A stretch of 64,000 nucleotides of DNA from an uncultured Pseudomonadales bacterium (GCA_964487665.1 CAZARR010000001.1:19982-83981); one strand, 5' to 3'. Positions 27,962 to 38,001 are shown, counted from the stretch's first letter. A program made the numbers and translations. Notes: generated by a model from the letters alone, not told the origin.

Positions 27962-29476
27962 ATGGCTAAAAAGTATATCGTAGTGCGCATTGAGCGCGAA
28001 GGTAACGCATTGGTAGCGAACGCAGCCGGTGCTACTAAGGGCTTCTCCAAGGCAGAGGCTCAACGTATGGTGAGTAAGGATTGCATCATGCTGTCGTATG
28101 AAAATGGTAACGAGTACAAGGCGTTGGCGGCGTCTGTGCTCGACGGTACGCATGCGGAGTGTAACAGCAAGCGTGTCGAGTTGTATGGTGAAGGTGATGG
28201 CGTAGGTGAGGAGGTGCCTGTCGATGAGTATGTCCTCGATGTGCCTGTCGAGTGCGACACTGTGGAGAGCGATGCATTCGAGGTTTCTCCTCTTGCCGAC
28301 ACAGCAGATGAGGAAGAGAAAGAGGAGGACGATAACATGGATGCTATTATGGCGCACGTCTACTCGGAGCTGAATGACGACGACCGCAACGTGTTACTGC
28401 ACATCGGTAACGGCATGCTGACGGGTACGTTGGGCTATGTGCATGTGTCCGCTCTGTTCTTCTCGCTGTTCCCCGAGGTGAGCGATAACGTCTTACAGCC
28501 TATGTGGGATAAGCTCATTGAGGAGAACAACCGCATCAAGCTGGAGCGTGAGGTACGCATCGCTAACGAGAAGCGACGTGCCAAGCGCAACGAGCAGATA
28601 GCTAAGGAGGCTGTCGTTACGCTGTGGAAAGAGTTAGAGGCAAAGGGCATACAGCGGTTCCTGCTCGTACCGGAAGCTATCGAGACGGTAGAGAAGAAGG
28701 CTGTCGCCGATGCTATACGTGCTGCTGATGAGGCGGAGATGTGGGCTAACAACGAAAAGAAAGCCAACACCGTCGTGAAGCATGAGCAGAAGAAGGATGC
28801 ACCTGTGCGCGAGAGCAAAGAGAAAGAGGTGGTATATGAGAAAGAGATGCGACTGCCTAAGAAGCAACAGCGTACTCCACGTGTAGAGGAGAGCCGTACC
28901 AACCAGTTGCAGTACCTCACACCGGAATACACACGTACCGAGGAGGAGAGCATGGAGATGATACGCGATGTCGTAGGTGCGTATGATGGCAATGGCTTAG
29001 ATGCCGTCACCGTGATGCTCGCCTTAGGTAAGATGCTTGACACCTCGAAAGAGTATATGTTCCTACTGTTTAACGGCACTAAGGTGACGGCATTGGATAG
29101 ACGTCAGGTGTTGCATATCGTATCCGAGTCAATAGCTTGGTTAGACAGTGATGACGTTGATGGCGGTCGTGAGTGCTTCGGCTGTACTGATAACGACAGC
29201 CTGTGGTTCGTCGCTAAGGAGGCGCGTGATATCGTAGGTCACGGCTCACAGTGGGCTAGAGAGATGATGAACAACGATGCTAAGGTGATATCGTTGTGGA
29301 ACAAGCTCGTTGTGGAACGTGGCTTCTGCATCGGTGAGCTTATCGCCAAGGCGCATGGTGAAGAGAGCCTGTCTGCTAAGCAGGTGCGTAACATAGTGAT
29401 GTTATATAGCAGTGTGTATGCGACGTTGTTCCGTGCCTTAACGAAGGGCAAGAAGGTGAACAAAACGAAAGCGTAA
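27962..29476 (+). CDS. Hypothetical protein with an acidic EEKEEDD patch and a helical K/E-rich C-terminal region
   Basis: Most plausible ATG (MAKKYIVVRIE). A candidate imperfect hairpin terminator follows at 29486-29530. Confidence 0.45.
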   Translation: MAKKYIVVRIEREGNALVANAAGATKGFSKAEAQRMVSKDCIMLSYENGNEYKALAASVLDGTHAECNSKRVELYGEGDGVGEEVPVDEYVLDVPVECDTVESDAFEVSPLADTADEEEKEEDDNMDAIMAHVYSELNDDDRNVLLHIGNGMLTGTLGYVHVSALFFSLFPEVSDNVLQPMWDKLIEENNRIKLEREVRIANEKRRAKRNEQIAKEAVVTLWKELEAKGIQRFLLVPEAIETVEKKAVADAIRAADEAEMWANNEKKANTVVKHEQKKDAPVRESKEKEVVYEKEMRLPKKQQRTPRVEESRTNQLQYLTPEYTRTEEESMEMIRDVVGAYDGNGLDAVTVMLALGKMLDTSKEYMFLLFNGTKVTALDRRQVLHIVSESIAWLDSDDVDGGRECFGCTDNDSLWFVAKEARDIVGHGSQWAREMMNNDAKVISLWNKLVVERGFCIGELIAKAHGEESLSAKQVRNIVMLYSSVYATLFRALTKGKKVNKTKA

Positions 29477-29547
29477 CGATGACCGGAGCCTTGGGTGGTA
29501 CTAACATACCGCTCAGGGCTCTTTTATCCTTCTAAAACAAAGGAGAT

Positions 29548-29706
29548 ATGGCTACATTGACAGTAGATGCAATAGATAGACAATCGGCAATAAGCATAGG
29601 TAACATAGACCTATCGCTGTGCTATAGCGTATCTGATGTAGAGTACGAGATACAGAAGCTACTGGTCGGAAGAGGACGGTGGCAAGATACACGTGTTCCG
29701 CAATGA
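29548..29706 (+). CDS. Small hypothetical protein (52 aa, not in the ORF track)
   Basis: AAAGGAGAT SD plus ATG. ATGA overlap with the next gene. Coordinates are +/-1. Confidence 0.4.
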   Translation: MATLTVDAIDRQSAISIGNIDLSLCYSVSDVEYEIQKLLVGRGRWQDTRVPQ

Positions 29707-29963
29707 GTAAGATAAAGCGTATCAAGAACATGACGCTCATCTTGGAGATGGACGACCTTAGTGAGCATGAGCTACACAAGGACCTACATCGCGAGATGAT
29801 GGCGCAGTTCGTGAAGGGTCTTGACGATAGAGCACTGGCAGCCTTCAAGCTCAAGGTAGAGACAGTGAGCAAGCAGACTGCTATGATGTGGATGCAGGCG
29901 GTGCAGGAGATGGAGCTACGTGGCATTATGAAGAAGGTAACAACAAAAGACAAGGAGGCGTGA
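29703..29963 (+). CDS. Hypothetical protein (86 aa)
   Basis: ATG at 29703; the track's GTG is at 29679. TGATG coupling to the paralog gene. Confidence 0.45.
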   Translation: MSKIKRIKNMTLILEMDDLSEHELHKDLHREMMAQFVKGLDDRALAAFKLKVETVSKQTAMMWMQAVQEMELRGIMKKVTTKDKEA

Positions 29964-30478
29964 TGGATATAGCTGAACTGATACGCATAGTATCGCAAGA
30001 AGAAGAGGTCATAGATGAAAGCGTTGGTCTATATTGGCTACGTCAGCAGAGCAGCATCGAGCAGGCATGGAACGACTGCGATAATGCTACGTGGATGTTA
30101 TGGCTCATCTATAAGATGGAGCTACAGATACATGATAAGCGCAAGTGGATATCGTGTAAGGTCGAGATAGCACAATGGGTGATAGACCAAGGGTGGGATA
30201 TGACTGATAAGAGCGCACGTGCATTTGAGACGGCGAAGCGATACGCTAAAGGAGAGGCGACAGAGAAGGAGCTATGTGATGAATACATGGAATCAGCATA
30301 TCATGGTGATGACGGAGGGCATGGCGACTACTTCGCTGCTTTCGCTGTTCGCTTGTCATGGTCCTGTGATGATGTAAGACACAAGTATATCAACACGCAA
30401 GGTAGAGCATCTATAAGCTGTGCAGATATAGTGCGTAAGTACTATGCTGTTGATGACATAATAAAAGCAATGCAATAA
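29963..30478 (+). CDS. Paralog family member 2 (WMLWLIYK...DKRKWISCKVEIA...ADIVRKYY), with a degenerate insert
   Basis: AAGGAGG SD. Same conserved blocks as 19980 and 31900. Confidence 0.55.
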   Translation: MDIAELIRIVSQEEEVIDESVGLYWLRQQSSIEQAWNDCDNATWMLWLIYKMELQIHDKRKWISCKVEIAQWVIDQGWDMTDKSARAFETAKRYAKGEATEKELCDEYMESAYHGDDGGHGDYFAAFAVRLSWSCDDVRHKYINTQGRASISCADIVRKYYAVDDIIKAMQ

Positions 30479-30479
30479 T

Positions 30480-30707
30480 ATGGAAGCAACACACACAGTA
30501 GTAGTCATGTGGGTCTTCGACTGGCTCCACGAGATGATGATAAAGCATAGCATATGGCACACCCCTATCTTAAGTGATGGCAAGGTGGTAGGCTACAACT
30601 ACGGCGTTCACGAGAGCAAGATAGTGAACGGTAAGATGCATAAGTGCCCCGTGTCGCATACCGTCAATGAGATAACTGATGTACCTATCGAGGAGACGAT
30701 ATCATGA
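30480..30707 (+). CDS. Hypothetical protein (75 aa)
   Basis: ATG immediately after the upstream TAA. Confidence 0.45.
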   Translation: MEATHTVVVMWVFDWLHEMMIKHSIWHTPILSDGKVVGYNYGVHESKIVNGKMHKCPVSHTVNEITDVPIEETIS

Positions 30708-30940
30708 TAACGGTGGTGATGTTCATATATCGCTTCGTCCTTGGCAATGGCAAGCAGGTCGATGTCAAGGCGGAGAACGAGATAGAAGCGACACAGAAGA
30801 TGATAGAGAGCAGCGATAACGATGAGCAGCAGGTGTACTCACACGAGCACGGCTTCAGACAGTGGACTATGGTCGGCGTGGTAGGGTTCGACACCGTAAC
30901 GCTGCTATGGCTGTTGGGCTATATACCGCTATGGATATAG
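30704..30940 (+). CDS. Small protein with a C-terminal TM segment (78 aa)
   Basis: ATGA coupling. Confidence 0.45.
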   Translation: MITVVMFIYRFVLGNGKQVDVKAENEIEATQKMIESSDNDEQQVYSHEHGFRQWTMVGVVGFDTVTLLWLLGYIPLWI

Positions 30941-31359
30941 CACGTTGGCTATCCGACATAAAGGTATGCGATGCAGGTGTTCACTTCGCTATTGAGCACG
31001 AGTACCTGACACCGGAGCAGATGATACTACAGGTGTCAGAGCCGACGTGGATACTATACCTGTACGTTAAGATACACGAGTTAGAGGTCGGTCGTAGCGA
31101 GATGACGGACTATGAGAAGAAGCTCATACGGCACTACATCGCCGACTATCGTGGTCTGATAGCGAGTAAGGTGTTAGGTCTTACCTATATGTCAGGATAT
31201 AACAGCAAGACGATGATGATGTACCTAACGCATCAGCAGAAAGAGGATGCGTGTAAGGTGCTATTAGAGCATCTACAAGACTTCATATTAATAAGAGGGA
31301 GATACCACTATGAAAGACACAAACGAAGTAACTGGGATAGTACAAGTCCCAATAGATAG
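30862..31359 (+). CDS. Hypothetical protein; start uncertain (GTG at 30862, or ATG at 30907 or 30931)
   Basis: ORF in the track. No clear SD at any candidate start. Confidence 0.4.
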   Translation: MDYGRRGRVRHRNAAMAVGLYTAMDIARWLSDIKVCDAGVHFAIEHEYLTPEQMILQVSEPTWILYLYVKIHELEVGRSEMTDYEKKLIRHYIADYRGLIASKVLGLTYMSGYNSKTMMMYLTHQQKEDACKVLLEHLQDFILIRGRYHYERHKRSNWDSTSPNR

Positions 31360-31903
31360 CATAGAGCCGAAGGAGCATGATGAACGTCAAGCATGGCTAA
31401 AGGCTTGGCGCTACTGGAGTCAGCACCATAAGCGGTGGGTGGTGATAGGGCATAGCGTTGTCAGCGATAGCGAGGACTATAGTGCTATGTTGGCACGCCT
31501 TGACAGCAAACCTCGCATTGCTACTATGCGGCTGCTCGACCTATGCTACTGGTGCAGCGTAGCAGGTGCCTTACATATCATGCGCGACCAAGTGAAGACG
31601 ATGACAGCGAACACCGTTGCCGATGTGGAGCGGCGGGCACTATGGTATGGTATCATGAACAGAGCATATAGCCATGTCATTGCTATCTGTGGCTGGTACA
31701 TGGAGGAGCATAGACGGTACCGCGAGATGCCGGGCTATGAGCCGCTATCGCTCAAGGAGGACGTATGGCGTGAGCAGCACTACGAGCTATGCGTGCAGAT
31801 GGGTACTCCGATGCCGTACTACACTAAGGATGTAACGCGCAAGACGAGCGACTGCCTACGCCGTATCATGGAGGCATGGGCTAAAGGAGAACAAACAGCA
31901 TGA
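31310..31903 (+). CDS. Hypothetical protein (197 aa)
   Basis: AGAGGGAG before the ATG. Confidence 0.5.
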   Translation: MKDTNEVTGIVQVPIDSIEPKEHDERQAWLKAWRYWSQHHKRWVVIGHSVVSDSEDYSAMLARLDSKPRIATMRLLDLCYWCSVAGALHIMRDQVKTMTANTVADVERRALWYGIMNRAYSHVIAICGWYMEEHRRYREMPGYEPLSLKEDVWREQHYELCVQMGTPMPYYTKDVTRKTSDCLRRIMEAWAKGEQTA

Positions 31904-32388
31904 AACAGTTTATAGATAAGCTTACAGAGCTTAAAGCATGTGATGGCAAAGGACAAGCTATGCCATGGGTACGTGAGCAGCCTGATGTAGAGACAGCATA
32001 TAAAGAATGCTATCGTGGCGACTGGATGCTATGGTACATATACTATAGCGATATAGCATTACAGGACAAGCGTAAGTGGATAGGATGTAAGATAGAGATA
32101 GTACGACAGGTGCAGCACTTGATGAAAGACGAGCGTAGCATCAAAGCGTTAGAGGTAGGTGAACGGTATAGTAAGGGTGAAGCAACAGACGAAGAACTGA
32201 AACAAGCTGATGATGATGCTTATGCTGCTTATGTTTATGCTGCTGCTGCTGATACTGCTGCTGCTTATGCTGCTTATACTGCTGTTGCTGCTTATGATGC
32301 TGCATGGGATAAGCCGTTGGCAAAGAGTGCTGACATAGTGCGTAAATGGTATTCTTTGGAGGAAATACTTCATGGACTACAAGGATAG
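31900..32388 (+). CDS. Paralog family member 3, with a shorter Ala/Tyr/Asp insert (DDDAYAAYVYAAAADTAAAYAAYTAVAAYDAAW)
   Basis: AAAGGAG SD. High DNA identity to 19980-20280, including an identical 43-nt stretch. Confidence 0.55.
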   Translation: MKQFIDKLTELKACDGKGQAMPWVREQPDVETAYKECYRGDWMLWYIYYSDIALQDKRKWIGCKIEIVRQVQHLMKDERSIKALEVGERYSKGEATDEELKQADDDAYAAYVYAAAADTAAAYAAYTAVAAYDAAWDKPLAKSADIVRKWYSLEEILHGLQG

Positions 32389-32884
32389 GCTGAACCTCAA
32401 GGAGAGCCTGCACTGGCTCAACAGCGAGGAGATATACCAAGGCATGGCTGCCTACCTCATGACATGGATACAGCCCGTAGTGGAGCGCATAGAAGACGCT
32501 AAGGGTCATACCTACCTCATTGGTCGCCTCATGGTGCTTGCTTATGAGAAGCGTGATGGCGTTGATGTCCCTGTGCCGCCACGTGAGGTGCCATTCGCCT
32601 TCGAGGTAGGTGAGCTATACGGCTTAGACTACATGGGTGATGGCGTATGGGTCAACGATGAGCAGCGTGCTAAGACGTTGAACATAGCGGTCAGCAGCCA
32701 ACCGATGCAGTATAGGCTACGGATGGCACGTGAGGTGGCGAGTGCTATGATGACACGGCTACTGATGATGATGATGGTACGATACAAGGGTAGCATCGAC
32801 ATGGCGCTAGGTGAGTTCGGCAAGTGGCTGGGCAACAACAGCGGTAAGGTCGAGATGCCCAAGCCTAACGTTACACCACTATGA
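32372..32884 (+). CDS. Hypothetical protein (170 aa)
   Basis: ORF in the track. Confidence 0.45.
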   Translation: MDYKDRLNLKESLHWLNSEEIYQGMAAYLMTWIQPVVERIEDAKGHTYLIGRLMVLAYEKRDGVDVPVPPREVPFAFEVGELYGLDYMGDGVWVNDEQRAKTLNIAVSSQPMQYRLRMAREVASAMMTRLLMMMMVRYKGSIDMALGEFGKWLGNNSGKVEMPKPNVTPL

Positions 32885-33192
32885 GAAAGAAGAATGTATC
32901 AAAAGCGAGACGTAACGACAGCAGGTACTACCCTATTAAACAGTATATGCTTAACACTGTTGAGAGGGTGTACCACTTCAAAAGGTTGTCGAGACGTGAT
33001 GCACAGCGTTTAAACATAGATAAAGTCGATGAAGGCATAGACCTTATTGAGATGTTAGAGAAGTGGAACATCGACATAGACCACGAGCACGTCAGCGTAC
33101 AGAGCAGCGGTGAGTGCCGTCGTGGCATAGTGTATAAGCATAAGCGTTTGATGTTGAAGCGCTTTATCGTAGAACAAAACAAGGAGGAATAG
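32881..33192 (+). CDS. Basic hypothetical protein (103 aa)
   Basis: ATGA coupling. Confidence 0.45.
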   Translation: MRKKNVSKARRNDSRYYPIKQYMLNTVERVYHFKRLSRRDAQRLNIDKVDEGIDLIEMLEKWNIDIDHEHVSVQSSGECRRGIVYKHKRLMLKRFIVEQNKEE

Positions 33193-33193
33193 C

Positions 33194-34096
33194 ATGGGAT
33201 ATAACATTGTAAGAACACCACGTGCCAAACGTATGCGTGCTATGGCAGCACTATCGGCACAGACGAGCAAGCGTGTACGCGGTCGTAAACGGGCATGGGC
33301 GAAGCGTACAGCGATAGCACTGGCGCATAAGATAAAAGGAGCAGCGCGTAGAGTGGTGAACAGCAGACGAGTGAAAGGCACTGTCTTGTTCGCCATTGGC
33401 TGCATAGCTACTATATCATGGAACAGTGGCTCCGTGATACTTGGACGTAGCGAGAACGACGCCTTCATGGATAGCCTCATAGCGGCAAGCATAGAGGCAA
33501 CGAAGGGCGATACGATAGAGATTGATGGTGAGTGCTACTTCTGCCATGTCAAGGACGAGGAGGTGAAGCAGAACAGCAAGAAGGAGTCATATAGCAAGCG
33601 GTGGCTACACCCCGACAGCGCGTATGTCAAGCTGGCATACATGATGGATAGCATACACGGTGTTCCCGCTGCTATCACGTTGGCGCAGGGTATCAAGGAG
33701 ACGGGTGGCGGGCGTAAGACGAGCGGTAAGAACAACTACTGGGGACACAAGCGGGAGCGGTTCACCGACGATGGTATGGAGCAAGGGTCATTCCTTGGCT
33801 ATGACGACTGCCACGATAAGAACGGCAAGGAGATAAAGTGCGAGTTCAACCAGTATAAGACACGCTGGTGGGCTTTCCGGCACCACACCCGTAAGCTACT
33901 CAACCAGTGGGCGCCACATCGCAAGGGCGACAGCATGAAGGAGTGGGCTGACTGCCTATGTAGCGCAAAGCTATACGGTAAGGGCAAGGACTATACCAAC
34001 ATAGGGTGTAACAAGGGCGGTGATGCGGCATACAACAAGCAAATCCTACGCATCATCAAGGACTATAAGCTGGAACGCTTCAACTATAAAAGATGA
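33194..34096 (+). CDS. Membrane-anchored glucosaminidase-like (FlgJ-type) peptidoglycan hydrolase
   Basis: N-terminal basic region plus a TM helix (GTVLFAIGCIATISW). AAITLAQGIKETGGGRKTSGKNNYWGHK resembles the glucosaminidase-domain core. AAGGAGG SD. Confidence 0.5.
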   Translation: MGYNIVRTPRAKRMRAMAALSAQTSKRVRGRKRAWAKRTAIALAHKIKGAARRVVNSRRVKGTVLFAIGCIATISWNSGSVILGRSENDAFMDSLIAASIEATKGDTIEIDGECYFCHVKDEEVKQNSKKESYSKRWLHPDSAYVKLAYMMDSIHGVPAAITLAQGIKETGGGRKTSGKNNYWGHKRERFTDDGMEQGSFLGYDDCHDKNGKEIKCEFNQYKTRWWAFRHHTRKLLNQWAPHRKGDSMKEWADCLCSAKLYGKGKDYTNIGCNKGGDAAYNKQILRIIKDYKLERFNYKR

Positions 34097-34374
34097 GATG
34101 GGTGGTTGAGCAGACAGATATAGTACCACGCAGCAGACGTAAGAAAGCACAACAAGAGGGTATGTTTAACAACACCCTTGTCATGGTATCTATCGTCGGT
34201 AACGCTGAGTATAGAGGCAGGGTACAAGAGACGATGTACGTCAATGCGTCAGCACTATGTGAGTACGATGCTAAGGTGGAGTGTATCAGCATTGCTCGTG
34301 AGACGATGAGTAGCGTTGATGCACTGATGCAGTTCTGTAATAAACAGGAACAACAACTAAAAGGAGGTCGATAA
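34093..34374 (+). CDS. Hypothetical protein (93 aa)
   Basis: ATGA coupling. Confidence 0.45.
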   Translation: MRWVVEQTDIVPRSRRKKAQQEGMFNNTLVMVSIVGNAEYRGRVQETMYVNASALCEYDAKVECISIARETMSSVDALMQFCNKQEQQLKGGR

Positions 34375-34658
34375 TGCGTAAGACGAAACACCAACGTATG
34401 ATGGACAGAGCACAGTCTATCGTAGAGACAATGATAAAGGACGCCATGCGTAGTGAGCCGACACAAGACTATGTGTATATCCTCATCGAGAAGGCAGGCA
34501 TGCTACGCGATGAAAAGGAACTCGAACGCCTCTTCACCAACGAGGAGTACGATATACGCATCGCTATCGCCGATATACTCGATGCACACATCGGTATCAG
34601 CATGGAGGACGATGACTACAGACCGTACAAGGGAGTTGATGTAGTATGCGAACAGTAG
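34374..34658 (+). CDS. Hypothetical protein (94 aa)
   Basis: AAAGGAGGTCG SD. Confidence 0.5.
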   Translation: MRKTKHQRMMDRAQSIVETMIKDAMRSEPTQDYVYILIEKAGMLRDEKELERLFTNEEYDIRIAIADILDAHIGISMEDDDYRPYKGVDVVCEQ

Positions 34659-35791
34659 AGTTTAAAGGCAAGAGCTATACCTTCGTGCCAAGGGCAGTGG
34701 ACTTCATCTTCATCGGTTCACTGCCCTTTTACTATCTTTACACCTTCATGGAGGTGGTGCGCGACCACATCACTGCCGGCACAGTGCATAAGATAGACGA
34801 CAAGGACTACTACCCTACCCTTGTCGATAAGGTGCGTGAAAAGGCGGAGTACATCAAGGAGTGTAACAAGGCACGACACGATAGCACGATGGACTACATA
34901 GACCACTACTACTACCAAGTGATGGCGGGCGATAGACCAACGATGCACGGCGATATGCTACGTGGCGATGTGGTACGCCGTATGGGTGATAGCAGACAGG
35001 TGACAGCACTACCGGGTAGTAACTATGACAGTGGTCTTGTCATGTTCCAGCGTGTCAGCGAGTACGTCAGCATAACACTACCGCCGCCGGAGAGTTGTAA
35101 GAGTAACCACCCTCACGTCAATGGCAGCCACTACATGCTCGTACTATCCGATAGGCTCGTAGTGCACGTCAATGGTAAGGAGGTGAACAGCATACCGTAC
35201 CCCGGCGATGAGCGCACCCGCTCCTTCATAGAGGAGTACATCGAGATGTATGACATAGACAAGGAGGTCTTCATACAGCCGGAGCAGCACATAGGAGCTA
35301 TCATCGACAGCCTATGGGCATTGAAGCCAAGTGGTGGTAAGAACTGGTTAGGGTACAAGTTCCTACGCTGTGTGGAGCTACTACGACAGTTCGAGTGCCG
35401 CGATAACGGTGTCGAGTACAAGCCTAACGAGATAGGCATAAGCTCCATCGCTATCATGCACGTGGACAACGAGCTACGTCAGGCGTTCGTCAAGGTGGCA
35501 CACGCATGGGTGTCGTACCTTGTGCTCAAGAGCGAGAGTGGTATCGGCGAGGACTACATCAAGGGCTTCGGGTCGTGGTGTGATGAGGCGTATGAGCAGT
35601 GGAAGCTACACGATAGATACCATGAGCTACCCGACTGCAAGGTGAACCTACAGAGCGATAAGACGGTGAGCATGGCTGGCAAGATACGCGATATGATGCA
35701 ACGCATGGCAAGCGATGTTGCTGCTATGACTGATGAGCGCATGGTTGATGTGATAACGATGTGCGGGCTTATAAAAACAAAGGAGATATAA
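34646..35791 (+). CDS. Hypothetical protein (381 aa)
   Basis: ORF in the track. Confidence 0.45.
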   Translation: MRTVEFKGKSYTFVPRAVDFIFIGSLPFYYLYTFMEVVRDHITAGTVHKIDDKDYYPTLVDKVREKAEYIKECNKARHDSTMDYIDHYYYQVMAGDRPTMHGDMLRGDVVRRMGDSRQVTALPGSNYDSGLVMFQRVSEYVSITLPPPESCKSNHPHVNGSHYMLVLSDRLVVHVNGKEVNSIPYPGDERTRSFIEEYIEMYDIDKEVFIQPEQHIGAIIDSLWALKPSGGKNWLGYKFLRCVELLRQFECRDNGVEYKPNEIGISSIAIMHVDNELRQAFVKVAHAWVSYLVLKSESGIGEDYIKGFGSWCDEAYEQWKLHDRYHELPDCKVNLQSDKTVSMAGKIRDMMQRMASDVAAMTDERMVDVITMCGLIKTKEI

Positions 35792-35792
35792 T

Positions 35793-36848
35793 ATGGCAAA
35801 GAAAAAGGAGTTCTCACCACACATATCTGACGCTATAAAGGCGCAGTATCCAAAGCTTGAAGAAGCATTAAGCAAGCCACTCACGCCCGATGATGTGGAG
35901 TGGAAGAAACAGATGGTGTACTATGGCAACACAGAGGTGTCGCCTTACGTCACCAACCGCTTCTCGATAGCAGTATTGATGGAAGTGTTCGGGATAGGCA
36001 ACATACAGAACAACTTGCAGCACATACCGGTAAAGGAGACAACAGAGCGGTGGCGAGGTCAGCGTAAGGACAAGGAGTACTACACCGACCAATACGGAAA
36101 GCTGAAAGACAAAGCCGTTGCCGTAGAATGCGAGAAAGAAGAGAAGCATATCACCTACGGGGTGGTTGGTTCTATCCTTGTTCGCGTTGGCAATGAGTGG
36201 ATAACACTATGCGATGGTGCAGAGCAATCAGACATAGAGCCATTCAAGGGAGGTATCAGCAACGCCTTCAAGCGTGCCCTTGTATGGTGGTTCCCGCCTG
36301 TCATGGAGCTATACAGCTATCCAAAGGTTGTCATAGAGGGGGATGTCAAAGATATAAAGGACTACGCCGAACATCTTAGCTCTATCACTGAACTATACAA
36401 CAAAGGCAAGGTTCAGCACTTCCACAAGCTGGTATGTAAGAGCGACGGTATATACTTGCACAACAAAAAGATAAGCGGCAAGAACTATACCGTTGAGCAA
36501 GAAGGAAAAGGAGATGAACCAAAGAACAATGATGAGCTGAAGAAAGAAGAAGCCTCTTTCAGCAGCATAGCAGCCAAGGTGGTAGGTAAGAATATGACCA
36601 TCGAGGCTGACGGTAAGATGTGCAAGGGTGTCGTGATAACGTACAGCAAGAGCATGAAAGATGCTTTCTTTGAGTATTGTAAGCACAATGCCCGCAAGTT
36701 CATCTTCGCTGTCAAGGGGTCTTCCGGTACGTTGCACTTTGCACAGAACGGCGACTCCGTTGTTGTCATAGAGCCCGGTGAGGTGGACTTCTTCGTATCC
36801 AAGTGCTACTTCACGTTGCTTGAGGCGAGCATGAAAGCAACTAAGTGA
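35793..36848 (+). CDS. Rad52/Sak-family single-strand annealing protein
   Basis: LMEVFGIGN and FKGGISNAFKRALVWWF...LY resemble the Rad52 N-terminal core (EMFGYNGW; KEAVTDGLKRALRSFG). AAAGGAG SD. Confidence 0.55.
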   Translation: MAKKKEFSPHISDAIKAQYPKLEEALSKPLTPDDVEWKKQMVYYGNTEVSPYVTNRFSIAVLMEVFGIGNIQNNLQHIPVKETTERWRGQRKDKEYYTDQYGKLKDKAVAVECEKEEKHITYGVVGSILVRVGNEWITLCDGAEQSDIEPFKGGISNAFKRALVWWFPPVMELYSYPKVVIEGDVKDIKDYAEHLSSITELYNKGKVQHFHKLVCKSDGIYLHNKKISGKNYTVEQEGKGDEPKNNDELKKEEASFSSIAAKVVGKNMTIEADGKMCKGVVITYSKSMKDAFFEYCKHNARKFIFAVKGSSGTLHFAQNGDSVVVIEPGEVDFFVSKCYFTLLEASMKATK

Positions 36849-37102
36849 TGCACTTCCTACTCGTTATCGTCGTACTATGCTTGGGCGTTGTTGGCATCAT
36901 CGTCATATACGCCCTTGCTATGTACGCACAGACACGGTGGCGGCGACACAGGCTATGTGTGCAACGCGCCCAGATACAAGAGAGCATCAAGCGCATGACC
37001 AAGCGGGCTAAGGAGCTACGCATGGAAGGTCGTATCTTAGAGGCTCGTATGATGGAGACAGAGGTGATAAAGATGAAAAACATATTGGAGGATAGAGTAT
37101 GA
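36848..37102 (+). CDS. Small membrane protein
   Basis: TGATG coupling. N-terminal TM LLVIVVLCLGVVGIIVIYA. Confidence 0.45.
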   Translation: MHFLLVIVVLCLGVVGIIVIYALAMYAQTRWRRHRLCVQRAQIQESIKRMTKRAKELRMEGRILEARMMETEVIKMKNILEDRV

Positions 37103-38001
37103 GACACACACCACAAGAGCTAAAGGAGCATGGCTTCTACGGTTACGCAGTTATCGTGTACGCAGGTGAGCCACACGTATTTATAGGTGTACCATGTAAA
37201 GACTTACGCGCAGTCATAAGTGCATACGATGTACAGGTAGTCAATGGATTTCATAAGCCGCAGATGTTATTCTTAGGCAACTATGAAGGCGACAGGGAGT
37301 ATGCTCCACAGTGGACTGACGATGGATATACCTACTGCTCACATGTGATGGCAAGGGTACGAGGGTTCAACGGGTTCCCCGACTTCCTTGTGCACCATAG
37401 CGTCATACAGCACCTCTTCGGACTACAAGAGATGAAGCACTTGAAAGCGGATGTAGTGATGCCTAAGATAGAACGCTTTGTCAACGAGCTTGTCAATGAA
37501 GTACTACAAGAGCAAGTGGAGCAGGTAGTCTATGCACCGGTAGGCACCGTTGACCTTCCTACGACACAGTACGATAAGCGCGAGTACAGCACCGATGCTA
37601 AGAGCACCATTGTCGTTGAAGTCTTAGTAGGTAGCAATGGTATAGGGCTGTTGCAGATAATGAACGCCTTGAAAGAGAAAGGCTACGATAACAAGCGGTA
37701 CGGTGATAAGCCGTTCAAGACACTCATAGAGTTCAATAAGGTACTCAAAGAGGAAGGTCTTATCGACCTTGTTGATAACGGCTTCTATCAACACGTAACA
37801 GACATAGGGCGTAGCTTCGGGCTGCATGACCTGCACTTCCCTAAGAAGAACGCATGGTTCTGGAACCTGTATGATGCTAAGGTAGTCGATATCCTTGGCG
37901 ACATATGGCTCGATGCAGGGCTGATGGTACAAGACGGAGTATACTATAAGCTTGTAGGCGTACAGGAGCACCCTGAAGTGCAAGGAGAGCTACCGATATG
38001 A
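37099..38001 (+). CDS. Hypothetical protein (300 aa)
   Basis: GGAGGA SD. Confidence 0.5.
   Translation: MRHTPQELKEHGFYGYAVIVYAGEPHVFIGVPCKDLRAVISAYDVQVVNGFHKPQMLFLGNYEGDREYAPQWTDDGYTYCSHVMARVRGFNGFPDFLVHHSVIQHLFGLQEMKHLKADVVMPKIERFVNELVNEVLQEQVEQVVYAPVGTVDLPTTQYDKREYSTDAKSTIVVEVLVGSNGIGLLQIMNALKEKGYDNKRYGDKPFKTLIEFNKVLKEEGLIDLVDNGFYQHVTDIGRSFGLHDLHFPKKNAWFWNLYDAKVVDILGDIWLDAGLMVQDGVYYKLVGVQEHPEVQGELPI

Noticed and set aside
19980-32388. A diversity-generating retroelement (template and variable repeats) as the explanation for the near-identical paralog 5' regions
   Set aside because: Differences between the copies are mixed transitions and transversions, not adenine-specific. There is no reverse transcriptase anywhere in the window.
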